37,718 nt of DNA from a virus (IMGVR_UViG_2617270964_000009); one strand, 5' to 3'; positions 26,958 through 35,488 are shown, numbered from the stretch's first letter. The notes: generated from the letters alone by a model not told the origin. Translations and numbers: made by a program.

Positions 26958-27725
26958 ATGAAAATGCAGACATTACCCATCGTGCCGTGGATTGGTGGCA
27001 AACGCCGCCTTGCAAAACACATTCTGCCGCTGTTTCCGGCGCATGAATGTTATGTGGAGCCGTTTTGTGGGGCAGCAGCGCTCTATTTTCTTAAGACACC
27101 CGGCAAGATCGAAGTCATCAATGATATCAACGGTGAACTGGTGAATCTGTACCGGGTGGTAAAGCATCACCTGGAAGAATTTGTCCGCCAGTTCAAATGG
27201 GCGCTGGTCAGCCGTCAGATCTACAAATGGCTGCAGATCACCCCGGAAGAAACACTGACGGATATCCAGCGTGCGGCACGGTTCTACTACCTCCAGAAGC
27301 AGGCGTTTGGTGGCAAGGTGGCAGAGCATAGTTTCGGCACCTCCACCACATCCCCGCCACGCTTCAACCTGCTGCGTATTGAGGAAGAGCTCTCAGCGGC
27401 ACACCTGCGACTTTCCAGAACGGTGATAGAACACATGGACTGGCAACAGTGCATTGAGCGTTATGACCGTCCGCACACGCTGTTCTACTGCGACCCACCG
27501 TACCTGGGTACGGAAGGCTATGGTGTGGATTTTCCTGAAGGGAACTACTCGCGGTTGGCAGAGCTGGCCCGTTGCATCAGAGGAAAGATGATTATATCGG
27601 TCAACGATATCCCGGAAATGCGGCAGGTTTTTAACGGTCTGAACATTCACTGTGTGAAGGTCAACTACAGTCTTGCAGGAAAGGGAACACTACGGCGCGA
27701 ACTTATTGTAAGTAATTTAGAGTAG
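26958..27725 (+). CDS. dam: DNA adenine methyltransferase, Dam/D12 class (N6-adenine)
   Basis: N-terminal PIVPWIGGKRRLAKHILPLFP, the AdoMet motif EPFCGAAALYF and the catalytic DPPY tetrapeptide (FYCDPPYLGTEGYG). Confidence 0.85.
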   Translation: MKMQTLPIVPWIGGKRRLAKHILPLFPAHECYVEPFCGAAALYFLKTPGKIEVINDINGELVNLYRVVKHHLEEFVRQFKWALVSRQIYKWLQITPEETLTDIQRAARFYYLQKQAFGGKVAEHSFGTSTTSPPRFNLLRIEEELSAAHLRLSRTVIEHMDWQQCIERYDRPHTLFYCDPPYLGTEGYGVDFPEGNYSRLAELARCIRGKMIISVNDIPEMRQVFNGLNIHCVKVNYSLAGKGTLRRELIVSNLE

Positions 27726-27750
27726 GCTCAGAAGGAGGTAAGTAGTCTTG

Positions 27751-27782
27751 CATAACAATGCACCTGATGGTGCATTGTTATG
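27751..27782. terminator. Perfect 14-bp stem / 4-nt loop hairpin between convergent dam and the RexB-like gene
   Basis: cataacaatgcacc-tgat-ggtgcattgttatg; overlaps the stop codon of the minus-strand gene and is followed by a moderately T-rich stretch on the plus strand. Confidence 0.4.
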
Positions 27783-28215
27783 ATATCACTTTGATTATAT
27801 TGAATAATCGCCTACCTGTTTGTAATAAACACAACATAGACATAACAACAAGCCCAATGAGGATAGCGGCTACAATCTCTTGATGCTTACTTTGCAGCAT
27901 CAACCCAATCAAACATGTCAACACCAACACTAGCAAAACTAAGCAAGTGTAGAATGCATCGGTCATCAGACGCTTGTAATGTCCGGTTTTTTGCATGTTT
28001 TTAAGTAACGGTTTATCAAGCAATGATGCAAGTAGTGCAATTGCTGTAATAATAAAACCTAACAACGTTGCAAAGACACTGGACAATGTAGTCATGAAGT
28101 TTGGGATTGCGGCTACTGGCATATGGGGCAACTTGAACCAGTAGAGAAAACCAATCCCACATCCAATCAATAAACTAAGCAATAGGGCCGAGTTCATCTT
28201 CTCCAATATATGCAT
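27778..28215 (-). CDS. RexB-like four-TM membrane protein (about 145 aa)
   Basis: Start taken at ATG 28215 (GGGAGAG Shine-Dalgarno, 5-nt spacing); four hydrophobic helices; the TLSSVFATLLGFIITAIALL segment resembles lambda RexB TM2 as recalled from memory; last gene of the repressor operon; low GC. Confidence 0.55.
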   Translation of the reverse strand: MHILEKMNSALLLSLLIGCGIGFLYWFKLPHMPVAAIPNFMTTLSSVFATLLGFIITAIALLASLLDKPLLKNMQKTGHYKRLMTDAFYTCLVLLVLVLTCLIGLMLQSKHQEIVAAILIGLVVMSMLCLLQTGRRLFNIIKVIS

Positions 28216-29068
28216 TGATACTCTCCCGGTTTTCAGCATACGCAGTATCGATTAGACGGTACATGGTTTCGGCTGGAGGGAAACGAGCGTCAGTAACTAC
28301 CGATTGATAGGACGAAATACGCTCGGCAATCAAATCCACAGGATGGACAACACCATCAGCATCGAACACATCAATTACAGCCTTTTTCGCCCCAAACTCG
28401 ACTAACTCTTGCATAGCAAATTTTATATTCTGCTTAAGCCTACCATCACTATCGCCACGGCGAGTATTAATCCCCATTACAATTTGCATTGTATCGGCAC
28501 CTGCATCACCAAGCAGTTGTAGTGTCTTTTGACTGAAATCAGTATCAGGGTAAAACTCAGGATTACGGGGGCGAGGAATCGTCAACTGGATTTTTTTCAT
28601 TTTGACATCTCCTCTCATAAGCCTAGCGATTGCATCTTTTTCCAGCAAAGGTGCGGGCTTAACCTTTGAACCAAAGATAGTTGAAAGAAATGCACTAAAA
28701 CGGCTTATACCACAAGCCATATGATTATAGTGCCAACCTATAACATTGATTCGAGGATAGAATACAAAGAAATTGCGCTCAATGATCCCTTCATCCTTGG
28801 CAAGTGGAATAGGGGTAGACTGTTTCCCTGGTGCACCTTTATCCGGAATGTTCGAGTTGCGAAATTTTCTCAACTCTCCACTAAAAGAACCATCCGCGCG
28901 TTTTTTCAACCCCCAAATTTCTCTAGTAAAACCCTCATGGTTTGAAGAGGAAGGGCTCTGTTTATCAATTACAGATTGAAAAGCATCTCCGAGATTTGCC
29001 AGCTGATCTGTGGCCTTAAACGATAGCTGATGAAACTCAATACGATAATTTCTCACATCACCACTCAT
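28175..29068 (-). CDS. RexA-like protein (297 aa), partner of the membrane protein
   Basis: AAGGA Shine-Dalgarno; sits directly downstream of the CI-like repressor in the same orientation; size near lambda RexA (279 aa); low GC. Homology is unverified. Confidence 0.5.
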   Translation of the reverse strand: MSGDVRNYRIEFHQLSFKATDQLANLGDAFQSVIDKQSPSSSNHEGFTREIWGLKKRADGSFSGELRKFRNSNIPDKGAPGKQSTPIPLAKDEGIIERNFFVFYPRINVIGWHYNHMACGISRFSAFLSTIFGSKVKPAPLLEKDAIARLMRGDVKMKKIQLTIPRPRNPEFYPDTDFSQKTLQLLGDAGADTMQIVMGINTRRGDSDGRLKQNIKFAMQELVEFGAKKAVIDVFDADGVVHPVDLIAERISSYQSVVTDARFPPAETMYRLIDTAYAENRESINAYIGEDELGPIA

Positions 29069-29139
29069 ACGATTAATCCTTAACGCGGAAAGTTCAGATG
29101 GTTAGTGCAAACAGCACATCCTACTGTTTAAATCAGCGC

Positions 29140-29170
29140 ATATAACGAAGAGGTTTGATAACCTTGTCAA
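29140..29170 (-). promoter_or_regulatory. Candidate sigma70 promoter for the rexA/rexB-like genes (TTGACA-19 nt-TTATAT on the minus strand)
   Basis: Found in the 122-bp gap between the repressor stop and the rexA-like start; the spacer is 19 nt, which is long. Confidence 0.25.
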
Positions 29171-29190
29171 TTGTTCTCATTGGGAATAGA

Positions 29191-29607
29191 TTAACCCACA
29201 TTTTTTAACCGCTCAATCGTTGCGGATAATTCCTTCAGTTGTTTTTCCATCTCGATCACTCGCTGTTTTTCCGCAGCGCCTCGCAGAAGATCGTTACGAA
29301 CCTCGGGGTCTAGCTGCTTTAAAAGCTCAAGCATAGTAAGGTCAGCTTGGCTAAACTGCACTTGCGTCGGAGTTACGTCTACTTCTTTTGATAAACCTTG
29401 TTTTCTACCTGTTAGCAACCAATCTAAAGAAACCCCCTTTTCTTCTGCGATGTTTATGCAAATTGCATAAGGCACAGAATCACGCTTCCTCCAACTTGCA
29501 AGTGTCTGCCTATTGACGTTAAGCGCTCTTGCCAACTCACTATCATTCTCTGCTTGGAATAGTGACATTAACCGGGAAAGCACAGCGTTAACATCTTTGT
29601 TATTCAT
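29191..29607 (-). CDS. CI-like prophage repressor (HTH; no peptidase domain)
   Basis: SELARALNVNRQTLASWRKRDSVPYAICINIAEEKGVSLDWLLTG is the phage CI-repressor HTH signature; coiled-coil C-terminus; divergent from the ner-like gene. ATG at 29607 preferred over the track's upstream start at 29622. Confidence 0.75.
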   Translation of the reverse strand: MNNKDVNAVLSRLMSLFQAENDSELARALNVNRQTLASWRKRDSVPYAICINIAEEKGVSLDWLLTGRKQGLSKEVDVTPTQVQFSQADLTMLELLKQLDPEVRNDLLRGAAEKQRVIEMEKQLKELSATIERLKNVG

Positions 29608-29637
29608 TTTGCGTAATTCCACTTGATTTATTTATTT

Positions 29638-29657
29638 TGAATAAGTACATTTATTCA
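29638..29657. promoter_or_regulatory. Operator-like palindrome in the repressor/ner divergent control region
   Basis: tgaataa-gtacat-ttattca (perfect 7-bp arms); AGTACAT recurs 19 bp downstream at 29663-29669; the whole region is AT-rich. Confidence 0.3.
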
Positions 29658-29695
29658 TATTGAGTACATGATAACCCAACTGGAACTATCCGCAT

Positions 29696-29920
29696 ATGAA
29701 TAAACAACAAGTTCGGGCACGACTAGTTGAACGAGGCAGTAGCTTGCGCCAGTTCGCGCTTAACGCAGGCTATGAGCCACGAACAGTCACACAGGCAGTC
29801 AGTCGCTGGGCTGGTAAAAGTGAACTACCACGTGGTCGTTTGACTTATCGGATTTTGCGAGATCTATCGGTTGCAATAGGTAAAGAAGTTACCCCCGGTA
29901 TCCTTAAGGAGGTGTCATGA
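29696..29920 (+). CDS. ner: Ner-like DNA-binding protein (Cro analogue of Mu-like phages)
   Basis: 74 aa; SLRQFALNAGYEPRTVTQAVSRWAG matches the Ner family pattern; first gene of the rightward early operon, divergent from the repressor. Confidence 0.65.
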   Translation: MNKQQVRARLVERGSSLRQFALNAGYEPRTVTQAVSRWAGKSELPRGRLTYRILRDLSVAIGKEVTPGILKEVS

Positions 29921-30225
29921 ATAAACCAAATACATCAAGCGCAGGTACCCGTATTTTGCGTGTTCTTAAGGCGTTACGTGGCCACGCTCTGAACGGTATC
30001 TCCAACGGTGAACTGGCGGCAGCACTGCACGAGTCACCAGCAAACATTAATCGGGCACTCAACACCCTCATTGAAGAAGGGCTGGCCCTGAAACTGGAGA
30101 ATGGACGTTTTGCACCGGGCATCCAGTTACTGCAGATCGCCATGGCTCACAGTAACGAGATGGCACGAGCGCAGGATCGTATTAACGAAATCAACCAACG
30201 TGTCATTTCAGGTAGTCGTTTATAA
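29917..30225 (+). CDS. Putative winged-helix DNA-binding protein (102 aa)
   Basis: AAGGAGG Shine-Dalgarno; start overlaps the ner stop; GISNGELAAALHESPANINRALNTLIEEGLA looks like an HTH. Confidence 0.45.
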   Translation: MNKPNTSSAGTRILRVLKALRGHALNGISNGELAAALHESPANINRALNTLIEEGLALKLENGRFAPGIQLLQIAMAHSNEMARAQDRINEINQRVISGSRL

Positions 30226-30235
30226 GGAGTAATCA

Positions 30236-31147
30236 ATGGGACGTACCAAATCACCAATGTCCACTGATCTGAATGCTGAGGTGCCGCTGTCTGATGATCT
30301 CAACATCAGTCTTAATACCATGGCACAACACCGCGTGGAGATCATGCAGCAGTTCGGCGATGGTCTGCCTTATGAACGTGATCGCATTGTTCACGAAGCA
30401 CGCTTTTATATGGCACAAAGTGCTGAGGCCATGCTAGAGGCAGGTAAACGACTGATAATACTGAAAGAAAATGAACCACATGGTGATTTCATAAATATTG
30501 TCGAGTCTGAATTATCAATGTCAAAGCGTACTGCACAGGTAATGATGCAGGCATCAATAAAATATTTATCACCACAACTTGAGTCAAAAGCGCAGACGTT
30601 TGCGCTTTTAGGAAAAGCCAAATTATTCGAGTTAATGACGGAAGACGATGAAAACCTTGCCGAACTGGCTGATGGTGGCACTGTTGCCGGCCTGACGCTT
30701 GACGACGTTGATCGCATGTCAGTACGCGAACTTCGCCAGGCCCTGCGCGAAGCGCGCGAAACCAACGCAGCACAACAGCGCGTACTCGCCGATAAAAATG
30801 AAAAAATTGATTCTCTCTCTACCAGACTGGAAAAGAAATCCCGTATTCAGCCGCCTGAGCCTGATGAGGAGGTTAAGAAGCTGCGGGCGGAAGTGACAGC
30901 ATTAGCGGTTGAGGCGGAATCTGCTATCGCCGTCCGACTGTCCAGCGCTTTTGAGACACTGTGCGCATATTGTGCTGAAAACATGATTGATACCCCCAGA
31001 GACTTCATGGCAGGCCTGGTCTGTCAACTGGAAAGCACAGCGCGTAGCCTGCGCTCCACATTTGACCTGCCGGACGAGCCAACAGGCAATGCAGCGCCTT
31101 CATGGCTGACTGAGCCGACGCCACAGATTAACGGGCTGGAGGCATAA
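30236..31147 (+). CDS. Hypothetical early protein (303 aa), acidic with coiled coil
   Basis: AGGAG Shine-Dalgarno; immediately upstream of the transposase; no recognisable catalytic motif. Confidence 0.45.
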   Translation: MGRTKSPMSTDLNAEVPLSDDLNISLNTMAQHRVEIMQQFGDGLPYERDRIVHEARFYMAQSAEAMLEAGKRLIILKENEPHGDFINIVESELSMSKRTAQVMMQASIKYLSPQLESKAQTFALLGKAKLFELMTEDDENLAELADGGTVAGLTLDDVDRMSVRELRQALREARETNAAQQRVLADKNEKIDSLSTRLEKKSRIQPPEPDEEVKKLRAEVTALAVEAESAIAVRLSSAFETLCAYCAENMIDTPRDFMAGLVCQLESTARSLRSTFDLPDEPTGNAAPSWLTEPTPQINGLEA

Positions 31148-31150
31148 CCA

Positions 31151-32920
31151 ATGAATGCTGCCCTGACTGAACGACTGGTTTATGTCGCCCGCGCGGCACG
31201 TGACGCGGGGCATGGTAAACGCGGTGCAATATACGACGCTGCCTGTGCTGAACTTGGCATGTCCCGCGCCACTCTGCTGCGCAGGCTGAAGGAGGTCTCT
31301 GTGACTGATAAACGCAAAAAACGCGCCGATGCCGGGCGCAGCGCCCTGACCCGCGACGAAGCCGCGCTGATATCTGCCACACTGCGTGAGGCCACCCGCA
31401 AGAACGGTAAGCGTCTCTATTCCATCGCGGATGCAGTGGAAACCCTGCGGGCTAACGGCTTTATCTCCGCAGGCAGAACAGATGAAACCACCGGTGAGTT
31501 TTTCCCGTTGTCCGAAGATGCCATCAGCCGTGCCCTGCGTAACTATGGCCTGCACCCGGAACAACTGGATGCCCCTGCGCCGCATACCGAAGTGGCCAGT
31601 CTGCATCCCAATCATGTCTGGCAGATTGATGCCTCGCTCTGCACGCTTTACTACCTGAGCAATGGACACAAAGGGCTGCAGGTGATGGACAGCGCGAAAT
31701 TCTACAAGAACAAGCCCGCTAACCTTGCCCGTATCGCCAGTGACCGCGTGTGGAGTTATGAGATTACCGACCATGCCAGCGGCTGGATTTACGTTGAGTA
31801 TGTGACGGGTGCGGAATCCGGTGAGAACCTGTGTTCTGTGCTTATCAACGCCATGCAGGAGCGTGGCGGCGCAGACGTGCTGCACGGCGTGCCAAAAATA
31901 CTCTATCTCGACCCCGGCTCGGCAAACACCGCGGGTATGACGAAAAACATGTGCCGCTCACTGGGCATTGACCTGATAGCGCACAAGCCGCATAACGCCC
32001 GCGCCACCGGACAGGTGGAAAAGGCGCGAGACATTATCGAACGCAAGCTGGAGCCGGGTCTGAAGTTCCGGCCGGTTCACAGTCTGGAAGAACTCAACGC
32101 GCTGGCCGCGAAATGGCGCAGCCACTTTAACGCCACGGCTGTTCACAGCCGCCACGGTAAAACCCGCACGGATATCTGGCTGAAGATTACTACTGAGCAG
32201 CTGAAAAAAGCGCCTTCCGTTGAGGTATGTCGTGAACTGGCTGTGGCGGCACCAGAACTCCGCAAAGTCACGCCAAAACTTCGTGTCTCGTTCCGGGGCA
32301 CTGAATTTGACGTATCAACGGTACCGGGCGTACTGGTCGGTGAAAAACTGATGATTACCCGTAACCCGTGGCGCAGCGATGTGGCACAGGTGGTTCTGAC
32401 CGGTGAGGACGGCCACGAGACGTTCTTCCTGGTCGAAGAGGTCAGAAAGAACGAGTTTGGCTTTGCTGAAGGCGCGGCGGTATTTGGCGAAAGTTACAAA
32501 GCCCTGCCGGAAACACCGGCGCAGACGGCGGCAAAAGAAACTGAAGCGCTGGTCACCGGTACAGACAACGCCACAGATGCAGCTGTCGCACGCAAGGCGA
32601 AGGCGCTGCCGTTCGGCGGGCGGCTTGACCCGTATAAACATATTGATGACGCCACACTTCCGGCCTATATGCCGAAGCGCGGTCAGGCCTCTGACGTACG
32701 CGGGCCGCGCACTGAACAACGTCCCATGACTCATGTGGAGGCCGCGAAAGCCCTGCGCGATAAGTTCAGCGCCGACGGCCTTACCTGGACGCCGGAACAT
32801 TACCGCCAGTTAACGGCACAGTACCCGGACGGCGTACCGGAAGCCGCACTGGATGAAGTCATGGCCACGCTGACCACACCGGCCCGCAGCAGTGTTATCA
32901 GCATTGTTAACGGCAACTGA
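31151..32920 (+). CDS. DDE transposase (Mu A / TnsB / rve-superfamily)
   Basis: Candidate DDE triad: D in VWQIDAS, D in ILYLDPGSAN, E about 35 aa later in ATGQVEKARD; followed by an AAA+ ATPase gene as in MuA-MuB; GGAGG Shine-Dalgarno. Confidence 0.75.
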   Translation: MNAALTERLVYVARAARDAGHGKRGAIYDAACAELGMSRATLLRRLKEVSVTDKRKKRADAGRSALTRDEAALISATLREATRKNGKRLYSIADAVETLRANGFISAGRTDETTGEFFPLSEDAISRALRNYGLHPEQLDAPAPHTEVASLHPNHVWQIDASLCTLYYLSNGHKGLQVMDSAKFYKNKPANLARIASDRVWSYEITDHASGWIYVEYVTGAESGENLCSVLINAMQERGGADVLHGVPKILYLDPGSANTAGMTKNMCRSLGIDLIAHKPHNARATGQVEKARDIIERKLEPGLKFRPVHSLEELNALAAKWRSHFNATAVHSRHGKTRTDIWLKITTEQLKKAPSVEVCRELAVAAPELRKVTPKLRVSFRGTEFDVSTVPGVLVGEKLMITRNPWRSDVAQVVLTGEDGHETFFLVEEVRKNEFGFAEGAAVFGESYKALPETPAQTAAKETEALVTGTDNATDAAVARKAKALPFGGRLDPYKHIDDATLPAYMPKRGQASDVRGPRTEQRPMTHVEAAKALRDKFSADGLTWTPEHYRQLTAQYPDGVPEAALDEVMATLTTPARSSVISIVNGN

Positions 32921-32930
32921 GGAGGGAAAC

Positions 32931-34097
32931 ATGCTGGTACTGAAGCAGCAACTGAAAGAGGCCCGTATTCCACAGGCGGTGGTGGCGAGAGCTGTCGATG
33001 TTTCTGAGGCCACGCTGGCCCAGATTGTGAATCATAACGCGTGGCCCCGCACCAGCCCCGGAGAAGTGCGCCGGCGTCTTGCGTCCTGGCTGGAAAGTCA
33101 GGGGATTGATACAACGAAGAGTTTTGATGCTGTACAGGGCGCGGCCACGCCCCGTACAGCGGGTACCACAGATAAAACGAGCCTCAGTGAGGAAGAGAAT
33201 ATGTTACTCAAAAAACAGGTGTTATTTCCAGCAACCAAAAAAGCGTTTGGTCTTTTCCGTGACCCGTTCGCCGACGAAGCCATGCAGGGTTCTGATGATG
33301 TGTTCACCACCCCGGATATTCGCTACGTGCGTGAGGCGTTGTACCAGACAGCCCGTCATGGTGGGTTTATGGCCGTCATCGGTGAGTCCGGTGCGGGTAA
33401 ATCCACGCTGCGCCGCGACCTGACTGAACGTATCAACCGCGAGAATGCGCCGGTAATTGTTATCGAGCCATACATCATCGCTATGGAAGACAACGATGTG
33501 AAAGGGAAAACCCTGAAGGCAGCAGCGATTGCCGAAGCCATTATCAGTACCATCGCACCACTGGAAAGCATCAGACGCAGTCAGGACGCCCGCTTTCGCC
33601 AGTTGCATCGCGTCCTGAAAGACAGCAGCCAGGCGGGGTTCAGCCACGTTCTGGTGATTGAGGAGGCCCACAGTCTGCCCATTCCGACACTGAAACACCT
33701 CAAACGCTTTTTTGAGCTGGAGTCCGGTTTCAAAAAACTGCTGTCCATCGTGCTGATTGGCCAGCCGGAACTGGCGACAAAACTGTCTGAACGCAATATG
33801 GAAGTCCGTGAAGTCGTTCAGCGCTGTGAGGTGGTCGAACTTCTGCCTCTGGACAATAACCTTGAAGAGTTTCTGACGTTCAAACTGCAACGGGCCGGTA
33901 AACAACTGACGGACATTATGGACGCCAGCGCAGTGGATGCCATACGTGCCCGCCTGAGCAATCCGGGAAGTCATCGTAAAAATATGGTCAGCCTGCTGTA
34001 TCCGCTGGCCGTCAGTAACCTGGTAATAGCCGCCATGAATCTGGCCGCTGAAATCGGGGTTCCACAGGTCAACGCTGACGTTGTCAAAGGGGTTTAA
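32931..34097 (+). CDS. Transposition ATPase (Mu B analogue; TniB/ExeA-type AAA+)
   Basis: Walker A in VIGESGAGKSTL and Walker-B-like VLVIEEAH; start at ATG 32931 with a GGAGGG Shine-Dalgarno. Confidence 0.75.
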   Translation: MLVLKQQLKEARIPQAVVARAVDVSEATLAQIVNHNAWPRTSPGEVRRRLASWLESQGIDTTKSFDAVQGAATPRTAGTTDKTSLSEEENMLLKKQVLFPATKKAFGLFRDPFADEAMQGSDDVFTTPDIRYVREALYQTARHGGFMAVIGESGAGKSTLRRDLTERINRENAPVIVIEPYIIAMEDNDVKGKTLKAAAIAEAIISTIAPLESIRRSQDARFRQLHRVLKDSSQAGFSHVLVIEEAHSLPIPTLKHLKRFFELESGFKKLLSIVLIGQPELATKLSERNMEVREVVQRCEVVELLPLDNNLEEFLTFKLQRAGKQLTDIMDASAVDAIRARLSNPGSHRKNMVSLLYPLAVSNLVIAAMNLAAEIGVPQVNADVVKGV

Positions 34098-34099
34098 TA

Positions 34100-34369
34100 A
34101 TGAAATCCACCACAGGTATCAACCAGCAAATCAGCAAAGTGCAGTCAGCCATTATGGCGCTTAAGGCGACGAACACGGATGTACAAAGCATCACCATCAG
34201 GGGTAACAAACCTGTCATCCGCGTTTCCCGGAGTGCGCATTGCATGCGCATGCTTGAGCAGGGAAAGGCCTGTTATCTGTATACCGGTCATGACCACAGG
34301 GGACATTTCCGTCAGGGCGTTTTCGAACTGCACGGCTGTCGCGTCGTGTGGCCGGAATCTTTGTGGTAA
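34100..34369 (+). CDS. Hypothetical early protein (89 aa)
   Basis: Good RBS; translationally coupled to the upstream ATPase; no recognisable motif. Confidence 0.4.
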   Translation: MKSTTGINQQISKVQSAIMALKATNTDVQSITIRGNKPVIRVSRSAHCMRMLEQGKACYLYTGHDHRGHFRQGVFELHGCRVVWPESLW

Positions 34370-34396
34370 TCAGCACAACAGGAGGAGTCATAAAAT

Positions 34397-34927
34397 ATGG
34401 CAAAAAGTACAAAAGGGGCAAAACGTATCAAAGCCGCAGCAGCACTCTGGGTGCCGGGGACACGCGAAGAGGTCATTGAGGGAATCAGACTGCTTGGTGA
34501 CGCGCAACGTGAACTGGTCAGGGCTGAAACAGAAATGAATGACACCATTGGCGACATCACTGCACGTTATGCCCCGCTCACCGAGAGCCTGAAAAAACGC
34601 ATGGCCGAACTGCAGTCCGGTATCCAGACATGGTGTGAGGCGCACCGTGATGAACTGACCGGCAACGGGAAGGTGAAGTTCGCTAACCTCACCACCGGCG
34701 AGGTGCAGTGGCGAAACCGTCCGCCATCAGTCAGTATCCGTGGGGCGGATAATGTTATTGAATTACTGAGACGTCTGGGGCTTGAGCGCTTTATTCGTGT
34801 AAAAGAGGAAATAAATAAAGACGCTATCCTGAATGAAAAAGAGGCCGTGAAAAATATTCCCGGTATTTCCATTAAAAGCGACATTGAGGATTTTTCAATA
34901 ATTCCTTTTGAGCAGGATGTGCAGTAA
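34397..34927 (+). CDS. gam: Host-nuclease inhibitor protein Gam (Mu Gam family)
   Basis: 176 aa; MAKSTKGAKRIKAAAALWVP...NRPPSVSIRGADNVIELLRRLGLERFIRVKEEINKDAIL...IEDFSIIPFEQ is nearly colinear with Mu Gam (174 aa) as recalled from memory. Confidence 0.85.
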   Translation: MAKSTKGAKRIKAAAALWVPGTREEVIEGIRLLGDAQRELVRAETEMNDTIGDITARYAPLTESLKKRMAELQSGIQTWCEAHRDELTGNGKVKFANLTTGEVQWRNRPPSVSIRGADNVIELLRRLGLERFIRVKEEINKDAILNEKEAVKNIPGISIKSDIEDFSIIPFEQDVQ

Positions 34928-35024
34928 ACACACCACGTTAATTATTTAATAAAAACATTTTCTTTTTTATTCCGGCGTCAGCGCCGTGGGCTTCTGCACG
35001 CCGGAAACAGAGGAGAATTAAATT

Positions 35025-35219
35025 ATGATATTTAAATGTATTCAGTGCGAGAGGGATATAACAGCCCTGCGTTTTCACAGCGCCATCGCCGTGATGTCCG
35101 GTAAATACCACATCCCTGCGGTACGCGTCACCCTGGTCTGTCCGTACTGCAGCCAGCATTTTTCGGCGGACGTGCCCGTCATGGAATTCTCCCGCCCTGA
35201 CAGGGAGGACGCGCAATGA
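35025..35219 (+). CDS. Small zinc-ribbon protein (CxxC...CxxC), 64 aa
   Basis: Cysteine pairs C5/C8 and C39/C42; GAGGAG Shine-Dalgarno. Confidence 0.45.
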   Translation: MIFKCIQCERDITALRFHSAIAVMSGKYHIPAVRVTLVCPYCSQHFSADVPVMEFSRPDREDAQ

Positions 35220-35488
35220 TTACCCCACAGGAAGCACGACAGCGCACCCGAACCCTTGTTGAACACTATGTCAACGAGTGTGAATGCCGCGACCTCACCG
35301 ATGTGAAGCACGTCCTGACGGCGTTAATCAGCATGGCCGCTCAGGCCATTGTGGCAACCAACGGAAAGGCGGCTGCCCTGCAGGTACTGATGAACACACT
35401 CACCCACACGGCAGAGCACGAGGTGCCGTACCGGGTGGAAACCACTGCAGAAGGCGGCCTGAACATCACCGTCGACCGGAAACACTGA
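35216..35488 (+). CDS. Hypothetical early protein (90 aa)
   Basis: ATGA start/stop overlap with the upstream gene; no recognisable motif. Confidence 0.4.
   Translation: MITPQEARQRTRTLVEHYVNECECRDLTDVKHVLTALISMAAQAIVATNGKAAALQVLMNTLTHTAEHEVPYRVETTAEGGLNITVDRKH

Noticed and set aside
27769-27805. TGCATTG...ATCACTTTGA, resembling the first bases of the Mu left end (TGTATTGATTCACTTGAAG)
   Set aside because: It lies inside the 14-bp hairpin and the 3' end of the RexB-like ORF, needs an indel to align, and has no adjacent CGAAA-type transposase-binding repeats; not sufficient to call a prophage end.
31100-31885. 261-aa minus-strand ORF
   Set aside because: Antisense to the DDE transposase, whose frame carries the catalytic motifs and a strong RBS.
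33222-33974. 250-aa minus-strand ORF
   Set aside because: Antisense to the Walker-A-containing transposition ATPase gene.
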